From: Pseudomonadota bacterium
Lineage (GTDB): Bacteria > Myxococcota > JACRCW01 > JAFGSX01
NCBI GenBank assembly: GCA_043821645.1
Contig: JBDRCO010000051.1
Location: 1 to 64,000, forward strand
Reading direction: 5' to 3'
DNA length: 64,000 bases
The position numbers were made by a program, and so were the translations under genes. Within the stretch, counting starts at the first letter, position 1; every line of letters starts with the position of its first letter. Under the pieces are notes generated by a model. That model saw only the letters and a program-made list of their open reading frames with translations. It had not been told where the DNA came from and did no database searches. Below, in pieces: positions 38,559 through 46,839 of this stretch.

Positions 38559-39311
38559 TCAAGCCTTGAGACCGCCCCCTCGCTGCGCGAGGATCTGCTC
38601 CACCTGGCGCAGACCTTCGAGGTCGTTGACACCCAGAAGCTCCTCGCGATCCTTCGACGCCACCGTGACCACATCGTGGCCCGCCTGGCGCAGGTGGGCG
38701 AGGACATCGGTCAGATAGTACTCCCCCTGGGCATTGTCGGGGCGCAGGCGCGCCAGGGCCTCGCGCAGGGGGCCTAGAGCGAAGCAGTAGACGGCGATGT
38801 TGACCTCGGTGAGGAGCTTCTGCGCGGGGCTGCAGTCGCGATCCTCGACGATGCCTTCGAAGTGGCCCGCGGCATCGCGCACGATGCGCCCGTAGGCCGG
38901 TGGCGGGTCCATGATCGCTGTGAGGACCGATGCCGCCGCGCCCCTCTGGCGTCGGCCGTCGCGGATGCTCGCCAGCGTCGCCCCGGTCAACAGGGGCATG
39001 TCGCCGTAGCTCACCAGCACGTCCCCGGTGCGATCCGCGAGCGCGGGCAAGGCCACCTGCATGGCATGACCGGTGCCAAGCTGCGGTTGCTGCACCACGG
39101 ATTGTACATCCGGTCCGAGCACACCGCGCACCTGCTCGGCGCCATGCCCCACCACGACCACGATGCGTTCGGGCTGCACCGCCCGCGCCGCATCCAGTGC
39201 CCAGGCAATCATGGGCCGGGCCTGCACGGTGTGCAGGACCTTGGGCAGCTCCGACTTCATGCGCGTGCCCTTGCCGGCGGCCAGGATCACCACGCAGGTC
39301 GACTCGGACAT
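38559..39311 (-). CDS. Stand-alone GlmU-type sugar-1-phosphate uridylyltransferase (N-terminal domain only)
   Basis: LAAGKGTRMKS, QLGTGHA, GDMP, YGRIVR, NAQGEYYLTD, GVND; stops before the hexapeptide acetyltransferase domain. Confidence 0.85.
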   Translation of the reverse strand: MSESTCVVILAAGKGTRMKSELPKVLHTVQARPMIAWALDAARAVQPERIVVVVGHGAEQVRGVLGPDVQSVVQQPQLGTGHAMQVALPALADRTGDVLVSYGDMPLLTGATLASIRDGRRQRGAAASVLTAIMDPPPAYGRIVRDAAGHFEGIVEDRDCSPAQKLLTEVNIAVYCFALGPLREALARLRPDNAQGEYYLTDVLAHLRQAGHDVVTVASKDREELLGVNDLEGLRQVEQILAQRGGGLKA

Positions 39312-39337
39312 GGCGAGGTCCTCTTCCGGTCGCAGCC

Positions 39338-40117
39338 TTAGCGGGCGCAGGCCAGACCGTGCACGGGATCGGGTGGCCCCTCACAGGGGCGCCAGGCACC
39401 TTCGCGAAACAGACTCAGGCGCGGCGTGCCGTCGTCATGACGGTGCACCCTGTACACCCAGGAGTTCTCCTGCGGGTTGTGCACCATGGCCTCGAGCGGC
39501 CAGCCCATGAGCTCGGCCAGCAGGATGCGGTTGGTACCGCCGTGACCCACGACGAGCACGGTGCGCCGCGACAGGTCTGCGCGGTGACGGGAGAGGAAGC
39601 GCTGGATGCGCGGCACAGCATCCAGGTAGCTCTCGCCTCCGGGCGGCCGATACCGCGCCTTGTCGGCCTTCCTGGCAGCGTGCTGGGCACGGGCGAACTC
39701 GAGCACGCGCGGGTCCGGTGGGCTGGTCTGAGCGTCGCGGCAGGCCGCAGCGGCCGGATCGGCCTCCTTGTCGTCGAGAAGGCTGTAGCACAGGCCAACC
39801 AGCAGTCCGCCGTCCAGCTCGTCGAGATCCGCATCCGGCACGGCCTTGAGCTTACGCTGCTCGGCAATGGGTTCGGCGGTGCGCATCGTGCGCTGGCGCG
39901 TGCTGGTGAACACGCGCTCCACGGGCACGTCGCGAAGGAGCAGAAACAGCGCCACCCTGTCCTCGTAGCCTCGGGGGTCCAGGTCTGGATCCCCCTGCCA
40001 GCGGCCGATCCGGTTCCACTCGGTCTGACCGTGGCGCGCGATGTACAGGTCCTGCACATCGTTGCGCGGTGGCGTCGACAGAAACAAGGCCAAGGCGAAC
40101 ACAGGTGTAAGGTTCAT
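39338..40117 (-). CDS. Histidine phosphatase (phosphoglycerate mutase-like) with putative signal peptide
   Basis: IARHGQTEWN, RTMRTA, GGES, VGHGG. Confidence 0.88.
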   Translation of the reverse strand: MNLTPVFALALFLSTPPRNDVQDLYIARHGQTEWNRIGRWQGDPDLDPRGYEDRVALFLLLRDVPVERVFTSTRQRTMRTAEPIAEQRKLKAVPDADLDELDGGLLVGLCYSLLDDKEADPAAAACRDAQTSPPDPRVLEFARAQHAARKADKARYRPPGGESYLDAVPRIQRFLSRHRADLSRRTVLVVGHGGTNRILLAELMGWPLEAMVHNPQENSWVYRVHRHDDGTPRLSLFREGAWRPCEGPPDPVHGLACAR

Positions 40118-40124
40118 GACCGGC

Positions 40125-40676
40125 TCAGGGCGTGCTGTCCGCGCCCGCGGGCACGGTGGAGGGCTGGGGACGGCAGGCCTGCTTGAACTCCACCAGCCGC
40201 TGCATCAGGTCATCGGGATAGGGCTCCAGGGTCTTGGCTCCATCGACCACCAGGGATTGTTGCAGGTCACCCTGGCGCAGCGTCAGGGTCACGACGCCCA
40301 GGTCATGCACGAGGGCATGCCGCCGTGCATCCACAGGTGGGGAGGCCAGGATGGCCGCAAGGTGCGTGCGCAGAGTCTCCACCTGCTCGGGCTGCAGCAT
40401 CACCTGGACCTCCTGCAGGGTGCCCCGCGCCGGAAGACGGCGACAGGTCATCAACCCCGCCTCGAGGTCGACGGCCACCTGTTCCAGCCGCAGTGGGCCA
40501 TATGCTCCGCGATGGTCGTACACGATCTGCTCGCTGGGCAGACCGGTGGGACCAGGTTCAAGGCCGAGCTCGACCGCGGGAAGGCTGGCCGGAGCGGGCG
40601 TGGTGACAGGCGCGGGGTCCGGGGTGCGACAGGCCATCAGGGCTGTCACCAAGAAGAGGCTGTTCAGGGTTCGCAT
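40125..40676 (-). CDS. Hypothetical lipoprotein
   Basis: MRTLNSLFLVTALMAC lipobox, Pro-rich linker; co-directional with the two downstream genes. Confidence 0.65.
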   Translation of the reverse strand: MRTLNSLFLVTALMACRTPDPAPVTTPAPASLPAVELGLEPGPTGLPSEQIVYDHRGAYGPLRLEQVAVDLEAGLMTCRRLPARGTLQEVQVMLQPEQVETLRTHLAAILASPPVDARRHALVHDLGVVTLTLRQGDLQQSLVVDGAKTLEPYPDDLMQRLVEFKQACRPQPSTVPAGADSTP

Positions 40677-40767
40677 GCGCGAGACTGTAGAAAGCAGCGT
40701 GCCCGGGGTCAATGCAGGCCTGTGCTGGCGACGGGACGCCCTCTGCCTTTTTTTATTGGTCGTTTTT

Positions 40768-40796
40768 TTGACCGGTGGAGCCGCTGGTCTTAGGGT
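40768..40796 (+). promoter_or_regulatory. Putative sigma-70-type promoter with upstream T-tracts
   Basis: TTGACC-N17-TAGGGT preceded by two T7 tracts, in a high-GC background. Confidence 0.55.
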
Positions 40797-40895
40797 GGAT
40801 CCATGTGGCGCCAGATGGCGCACGCTGACGACGGACGGAGCCCACCGGTTCCATCCGCCACTCGCCCGGACCGCGCGCCACACCGGAGGCCCGAC

Positions 40896-41138
40896 ATGAC
40901 GACCCGAACGCGCACCAGCAAGCTCGCCGCCCTGATCGTCTGTGGACTGTGCCTGGGACTCACCGCAGGTCTGCTGGGCATAGGACTCACACCCAAGGCT
41001 CAGGCCACCACGACGGGCCATTACACCGATCCCCGCATCGGCAACTACGAGGCCGCCCAGCGCGAGCTCGACGAGCACCTGCAACAGCGCATCCAGCTGC
41101 ACCTGGCGCGGGTAGCCCTGGCTTCGCGCAGCAACTGA
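40896..41138 (+). CDS. Small exported protein (80 aa)
   Basis: GGAGG RBS; basic N-region, hydrophobic helix, AQA cleavage-like site, short helical mature part. Confidence 0.65.
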   Translation: MTTRTRTSKLAALIVCGLCLGLTAGLLGIGLTPKAQATTTGHYTDPRIGNYEAAQRELDEHLQQRIQLHLARVALASRSN

Positions 41139-41177
41139 GGGCACCGCCTCGCTCTGCGCTCCCAGGCCGCGGGCGCG

Positions 41178-42056
41178 CTAGAGATCATCGCTGGCGACGT
41201 CGAGCATGCCGAAATCAAAGCCACCGCCGTCGACGATACCCTCGTCCACATCCTCGGGATCCAGGGGCACGAAGGGCGGTGGGTCAAACGCTCCGGTGCG
41301 AACCGCCGTGTAGCCGGTGACGATCTCCAGCGAGGCACCGACCAGGATGGGGCCAAAGGCGCAGCCCCCCAGGAAACCCAGCTTGACCTTGCCATCCTGG
41401 ATGCCGTCGACGGCTGCACCCTCGGGCCAGGTCACCCGGGCCACCGGCACCCCGGCCTCGGGCGACAGCATGCCAGCGTCCTCGACCACTGGCTCGACGA
41501 TGGTCTCGCCCTCATGGCTGAAGCGGCCACCCGCCACGGAGAGCGCGAGCAGCGCACACCCCCCCACGCCACTCTGCCCGGCGCCGCGCGCACCGGCACC
41601 GAGGACCAGCCCGAACTCATCGCGGGCATTGACCAGCCCGGCCACCACGCCGGCCTTCTGCCCCGCGGGGAGCTCGTGTAGCCGGTTGTCGACGACGTTG
41701 ACGACGTGGGAGTTGGGGACCTTGGCCTCGATGCTCGGTTGGTGGATCGAGACCTTGTTCCACATGGTCTCCGACGGGCACTGCACCTCCTCGCGCCCGC
41801 AGAAATCACCGAGGTCGAGGGTGATGGGCTGCCCGCCGGCCCCGGCTCCCTGCCAGGTAGCCACACCGCCCGGGCCGGACACCGTCGTGGTGTGCACAGC
41901 CGCACCGATCTTGAGCGTCAGCTCCAGGATGTTGTCGAAGGTCACGTCGTAATTGCCGCTGACATCGGAGGCGGGATCCTTATCAGGACACCCCAGCATG
42001 AGCACGCAGGCTGCCCCCAGAACGAGCCAACGAAGGAAGCACACCCGTGTTGTCAT
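41178..42056 (-). CDS. Hypothetical Cys-containing lipoprotein
   Basis: AAGGAGG RBS; lipobox MLGC; beta-rich, with an acidic tail. Confidence 0.72.
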   Translation of the reverse strand: MTTRVCFLRWLVLGAACVLMLGCPDKDPASDVSGNYDVTFDNILELTLKIGAAVHTTTVSGPGGVATWQGAGAGGQPITLDLGDFCGREEVQCPSETMWNKVSIHQPSIEAKVPNSHVVNVVDNRLHELPAGQKAGVVAGLVNARDEFGLVLGAGARGAGQSGVGGCALLALSVAGGRFSHEGETIVEPVVEDAGMLSPEAGVPVARVTWPEGAAVDGIQDGKVKLGFLGGCAFGPILVGASLEIVTGYTAVRTGAFDPPPFVPLDPEDVDEGIVDGGGFDFGMLDVASDDL

Positions 42057-42238
42057 CCCGCCCTCCTTGTTCTCGACTCCCCGCACCGCCCGGCGGCATC
42101 CGGATCCGGCGGGCCGCGACCATCGCAGCCCGTCGCATTGTAGCGCGAGTCGCTCATGCCTCCCAGCGACCCAGGATTTCTGCGCCGGCGCACGGCATGG
42201 GCCTGGCCATCGGGGCCCGGGCTGTGTAGAGAGAATCC

Positions 42239-43069
42239 ATGGTCGATCTCCTCGACACCACACCTGGCGTTTTCGGCCTGCTGTTCCTGGTCGCACTGCT
42301 GATCTCGACCAGTGGCTTTGTCCGGGTCGTGTACTTCGTGAGTGTCGGCTACGCCTTCTCCATCGCCGCCATGGTGCCGATCAGCCTCTGGCTCTACCGA
42401 TCCAGCCTCGACCTCGCGGGCCTGGTGCAGGCTGCGGCAGTCCTGTTCTACGGCCTGCGCCTGGGCCTGTTCTTGCTCGTCCGGGAACGCAGCCCGGCCT
42501 ACAAGCGCGAGCTCGTCGACATCCAGCAACGAGGCCAGCACGTGCGTGGCCTGCTGCGGCTCGTGGTGTGGGTCGGAGTCGCGCTGCTCTACCCCCTGAT
42601 GTTCACGCCAACCTTGTTCGTGCTCGCCGCGACGCGAGACAATCCCGGCACGACGACCAGCGCCTGGCAGTGGTCGGGCATCGCCATCCTGGTCGCGGGC
42701 CTGGCACTGGAGTCCCTCTCGGATCGCCAGAAGTCTCGATTCAAGCAGCAGCACCCGGACCGCTTCTGCGACGTGGGTCTGTTCCGCCTGGTGCGCTGCC
42801 CCAACTACCTTGGCGAGATCGTGTTCTGGATCGGTCACTGGATCGCCGGAATAGCGGTCTACGTGTTGTGGCTGCACTGGCTGGCGAGCCTGGCAGGCCT
42901 GGTCTGCATCGTCCTCGTCATGCTGGGCTCGACGCGTCGCCTCGAGCTCAAGCAGGACGAGCGCTACGGTGACGACGAGAGCTACCGGGCCTACACGAAG
43001 ACCGTGCCCGTGTTGCTGCCACTTGTTCCCGTGTATTCGTTGCGAAACTGGAAGATCTACCTGGGCTAG
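42239..43069 (+). CDS. DUF1295 / steroid 5-alpha-reductase-like membrane protein
   Basis: ESLSDRQK, GLFRLVRCPNYLGE, YRAY...P motifs; multi-TM. Confidence 0.88.
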   Translation: MVDLLDTTPGVFGLLFLVALLISTSGFVRVVYFVSVGYAFSIAAMVPISLWLYRSSLDLAGLVQAAAVLFYGLRLGLFLLVRERSPAYKRELVDIQQRGQHVRGLLRLVVWVGVALLYPLMFTPTLFVLAATRDNPGTTTSAWQWSGIAILVAGLALESLSDRQKSRFKQQHPDRFCDVGLFRLVRCPNYLGEIVFWIGHWIAGIAVYVLWLHWLASLAGLVCIVLVMLGSTRRLELKQDERYGDDESYRAYTKTVPVLLPLVPVYSLRNWKIYLG

Positions 43070-43099
43070 GCGCGTCCCTGGCCGTGCCGCGTCGTTCGA

Positions 43100-44977
43100 T
43101 CAGCGCTGAATCTTGTCCGTGATCGGAATGGGCTCGGTGGGGCTACCATCGAAGGCCGAGCGCCTCTCCTCGAGCTCGGCCGCATCCGCGACCCGGGCTC
43201 GGCGCAGGGCGTTCATGAAGTCCTCCTCGCTGGGCGGCTCGTGGTCAGGCTGCAGGCGTTCCAGGTGCCGCGCCAGCTCGGCGCGCGCGCGCTGCCACAC
43301 CGGGTCAAAGGCATCGGCGGTATCGACCACCAGGTGAAAGATCACCGGCGCGGGCTGTCCTGGCCCGTACACGCCGGGCCGAAACAGCGTCACATCCCAG
43401 CAGTAGCTGGTGGCCTGGTTGGCCTGGCCGGGCTCGCGCACGATGGTGTACAGCGCCTCGTCGATCTGCTCCGACAGGTCGGCGATGCGGTAGTAGCCCG
43501 GACCCTCCTCTGTGCCGTCGTCTCCCGAGGCGTGGCCTCGCTCCTCGTCGCCAAAGCGCTCGTCACCGGACTTCGAGTTGCCCGTGTCGCGCTCGGTGGC
43601 GTCGGGTTCCTCGTGGGCCCCCGCGCCATCGCTCCCGCTGCTCTCGCGCACCGTGCTGGCCAGGGCCAGGCCAAGTTGATCGGTGCGACCCGCGCCCTCG
43701 CCGGGCGTCTCGCCCACGCCCTGGGCGGCCGGCGAGGAAGCGCGAGGATCCGCGATGCCGCGGCCACTCGGGTCCTGCGTACCCAGAGTTGCGGCGCTGC
43801 GCGCCTGCTCGGTGCTGGCCGCGGTGGTGGACGCAGCCATGGGAGCCGCCGTGTTCAGCGGTGCCCGCGTGGCGGGTGCCGACGGTGCGGGCCGAGCCTG
43901 GACGTCGGCGCGCGGGGTGGATTCGACGGGGGACCGGCGCTCGCTGTGCGCCGTCGAGGCACTCGTGTTGTCCAGGCCGCGCCTGGGGACCACCCGCTCA
44001 AGGCGAGTGGTCTCGGTGCGCGGTGGGGCTTGCTCGGGCACGATCTCGCGCGGTGGTGGCGCGCGTCGCGTCGCCGGATCAGCCGGCGCGCCCTGGCTGC
44101 TCGAACCGGCCACACTGCTGCGGGCTGCCGCCTCGGCCGCGTGCTCGGCCTCTCCCGGCGCCGCGCCCGACGATCCGCCACCGGTCAGGGAGCCCGCACC
44201 GAGTTCCCTTCGCAACAAACCTGCCGCCAGCGACAGCTTCACGTCCTTGTCCTGCTGCGCCTGCTGCGTGTGCTGGGCTTGCTGCGCCTGCTGGGCCTGG
44301 CGCGTCTGCTGGGTCTGCTGGGCTTCGCGCGCGGTGGCCGCGTCGAGCCCCGCCCTGGCCACCTTGACCTCACGCGCCGGTCGAGGCTCGCGCGACCGCA
44401 AGCCCTCGACGTTGGTGGGCTCGCGCCGGCCGCGGGCAGCCGCGTCCTGCTCGGGCTGGCGGTCATAGACATCCTTGGCCGTGCGCACCGGGGGCGGCGC
44501 CTTCTGCGCGTTCTCGGTCGACGTCGCAGGCACGCGCTCGGCGTTGACCAGTCCGCGCCTGGCCAGCTCGCCCAGGGTGTCGCGATCCAGGTTGCCTGTC
44601 TGTGGCAAGCCCGTGCGCTCCTGCAGCGACGTGATGGCCTGACGAAGGTTGGCGCTCAGCTCGGGCAAGCTGGCAGTGCCCGCCTCCAGGCCGGGCGGGA
44701 CCTGGGTGCCGAGCTGCGTGTGAAGATCGCTGGTCAGCTGGCGCATGGCGGGTGCGGGCGACTCGCCAGGGCGCACCAGACCCGACTGGTTGAGGCCCTG
44801 CCCAAGGTCGTGCGGCACACCGTCCACACGTCCAGGTGACTGTGCGTGCTCGGGACCGCGCCCTGGAGAGTTCGCCTGCGATGGGCCGTGCCCCTGCGAA
44901 TTCGCGTGCTCGGCACCGCGCCCGGGCGAGGCGCCGCCCGTGTGCTTGGCGTGACCTGGTGGAATGCGAGTCGCCAC
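43100..44977 (-). CDS. Low-complexity protein with a PG_binding_1-like helix pair and a globular C-terminal domain
   Basis: GTG after GGAGG; AITSLQERTGLPQTGNLDRDT; long A/P/S/T/Q-rich region; ordered C-terminus YCWDVTLFRPGVY. Confidence 0.7.
   Translation of the reverse strand: MATRIPPGHAKHTGGASPGRGAEHANSQGHGPSQANSPGRGPEHAQSPGRVDGVPHDLGQGLNQSGLVRPGESPAPAMRQLTSDLHTQLGTQVPPGLEAGTASLPELSANLRQAITSLQERTGLPQTGNLDRDTLGELARRGLVNAERVPATSTENAQKAPPPVRTAKDVYDRQPEQDAAARGRREPTNVEGLRSREPRPAREVKVARAGLDAATAREAQQTQQTRQAQQAQQAQHTQQAQQDKDVKLSLAAGLLRRELGAGSLTGGGSSGAAPGEAEHAAEAAARSSVAGSSSQGAPADPATRRAPPPREIVPEQAPPRTETTRLERVVPRRGLDNTSASTAHSERRSPVESTPRADVQARPAPSAPATRAPLNTAAPMAASTTAASTEQARSAATLGTQDPSGRGIADPRASSPAAQGVGETPGEGAGRTDQLGLALASTVRESSGSDGAGAHEEPDATERDTGNSKSGDERFGDEERGHASGDDGTEEGPGYYRIADLSEQIDEALYTIVREPGQANQATSYCWDVTLFRPGVYGPGQPAPVIFHLVVDTADAFDPVWQRARAELARHLERLQPDHEPPSEEDFMNALRRARVADAAELEERRSAFDGSPTEPIPITDKIQR
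44829..44930 (-). repeat. Imperfect 30-bp coding tandem repeat (about 3.5 copies)
   Basis: Encodes SPGRGAEHAN / SQGHGPSQAN / SPGRGPEHAQ / SPGR. Confidence 0.7.
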
Positions 44978-45257
44978 CCACCCTCCGAACCGGACGCGCA
45001 GCGCCCGCACCTACATGGTAGGCGGTCCGGAGTGGTCAGGGCAAAGGTTGCTTAGGGGGTCAGGGCGTCTGACCGCTGCTGCGAAGCCCTGGAAGACCGT
45101 ACACCCTCGAATGGGGCACTTCCCCGAAAGGGTTGTTCCGGCGAGGCGAGACGTCACCGAGCCAGGGTCTCCTACCCCTCGCTGTATCGACAAGCCCGCG
45201 CATCTGTCCTATGCAGTGCCTCCGGTCGTCTGCATGCGGCGACCGTCGGAGGTCCTC

Positions 45258-46274
45258 GTGAAGATCGCTCTGTTTGGCAAGGCGGGCGCGGGTACACCGG
45301 AGCTGTTCGCCGCCATCACCGGGAGGGAGGCCAGCGAGCACAAGGGCGCGCGCCCGGCGGCGGTCAAGGTGCCGGACGCCCGGGTCGACGCCCTGGCCGA
45401 GATCTGGAACCCCAAGAAGAAGATCTACGTCGAGGCGACTTTTGTCGACGTCAGTATCGACAGCCTTGGCACCCTGGGAGAGTCCCTCAATGCGGCGGCG
45501 TCTTGCGAGGCCATCATCCAGGTGGCCAGCGCCAGCGCGGCCAGCGGCGGGGATCCCGATCCTCTGCGCGACATCGCGGACCTGGCCAGCGAGTTCGTGC
45601 TGCGTGATCAGATGGTGGTCGAAAAGCGCCTCGAGCGCATCGTCAAGGCCAACCAGAAGAGTCCGGAGCGCGAGCTGCTCGAGCGCGTCCTCGCCCACCT
45701 GGAGACCGGACAGCCACTGCGCCTGCTCGGCCTCGATGCCGCCCAGCGCGGTGCCATGTCCGGCTATGCCTTCCTCAGTGACAAGCCGCTGCTGGTCGCG
45801 GTCAACGTCGACGAGGATCGAGCCACGGCTCCGGCCTCCGCGGCCGTGATCGACGCCGTGCGGGCCCTGGGCGGCCAGTGCCTCAGTCTGTGCATCTCTC
45901 TCGAGGCCGAAATCGCGCGTCTCGACGAGAGTGAGCAGGTGGGCTTTCTCGAGGAAGCCGGCCTCAAGGAAAGCGCCCGCGCGCGCTTCCTGCGCGCCGC
46001 CTACGAGCTGCTCGACCTGATGACATTCTTGACCATGGGCGAGGACGAGTGCCGGGCCTGGAGCGTGGAGCGCGGTGCCGTGGCGCCCGAGGCGGCTCGA
46101 CGCATCCACTCCGACATCGCCCGCGGCTTCATCCGCGTCGAGGTCATCCCCTACGCCGACTTCATGGAACTCAGGAGCGAGGCCGCCTGTCGAAAGGCCG
46201 GCAAGATGCGCGTCGAGGGCAAGGAGTACATCGTGCAGGAGGGCGACATCCTGCACTTCCGCTTCAATGTGTAG
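45258..46274 (+). CDS. YchF/OLA1-family protein with degenerate P-loop (C-terminal DUF933/TGS domain intact)
   Basis: VKVPDARVDAL, FLSDKP, TFLT...ECRAW, IHSDIARGFIR, EGKEYIVQEGDILHFRFNV. Confidence 0.9.
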   Translation: MKIALFGKAGAGTPELFAAITGREASEHKGARPAAVKVPDARVDALAEIWNPKKKIYVEATFVDVSIDSLGTLGESLNAAASCEAIIQVASASAASGGDPDPLRDIADLASEFVLRDQMVVEKRLERIVKANQKSPERELLERVLAHLETGQPLRLLGLDAAQRGAMSGYAFLSDKPLLVAVNVDEDRATAPASAAVIDAVRALGGQCLSLCISLEAEIARLDESEQVGFLEEAGLKESARARFLRAAYELLDLMTFLTMGEDECRAWSVERGAVAPEAARRIHSDIARGFIRVEVIPYADFMELRSEAACRKAGKMRVEGKEYIVQEGDILHFRFNV

Positions 46275-46803
46275 CTGCGTCGCCGCCCGAGGCCGGAACG
46301 GCCTGTCCCAGCTCGCGCCCACCCTCGACCAGCAGGGTCTCCAGGGGGCCCTGCCCCTGCTTGAGCACGCGCGCCACCACCGAGCCCGTGGCAGGCTCGA
46401 TCAGACGCAGCCGCACCATGGTGGTGGTGCCCAGGTTTCCGACGCCGCCCGACGCAAGGTAGCGAACCTCGCCCAGCTCCTGGCGAACCCGCTCCAGGCA
46501 GGCATCGCTGTCGCAGGCCGCCAGCAGCTCGTCCTGTTCACGCTTGAGCACGATTTTGGCGCGGCCAACCTCGCGCATGCCGCGCTGCACGAACAGGGTG
46601 TGCGCGGCCATGGCCTCGGCGTCCGGCCCCTCGAGGTCGGTGAGCAGGACCGTGGGTGCCCCCGCAGGCGGAGCGGGCGGTTGCTGGTAGGTGCCATCGG
46701 CAGTGGCATTCGGCGAGGCCGTCTGCACCTGGGTCTTCTCGGTGGCGCAGGCGCCCAGCAACAGCACAAGGGCGACCACCGGCGCACACAGCACACGCAT
46801 CAT
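46264..46803 (-). CDS. Lipoprotein with a CxxxxC TolB-N-like domain
   Basis: AGGAGG RBS, lipobox LGAC, ACDSDACLERVRQELG...GGVGNLG. Confidence 0.72.
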   Translation of the reverse strand: MMRVLCAPVVALVLLLGACATEKTQVQTASPNATADGTYQQPPAPPAGAPTVLLTDLEGPDAEAMAAHTLFVQRGMREVGRAKIVLKREQDELLAACDSDACLERVRQELGEVRYLASGGVGNLGTTTMVRLRLIEPATGSVVARVLKQGQGPLETLLVEGGRELGQAVPASGGDAATH

Positions 46804-46839
46804 GTCCGTCCTCCTTGGCTCGCGGGCCTGCTCCTGCTG

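Noticed and set aside
45080-45172. tRNA-Sec / SRP / 6S RNA
   Set aside because: GGAAGACCGT and TTCGA fragments are suggestive, but there is no cloverleaf or TCA anticodon, no SRP GGAA-loop motif and no 6S-length rod; kept only as an unknown structured RNA.
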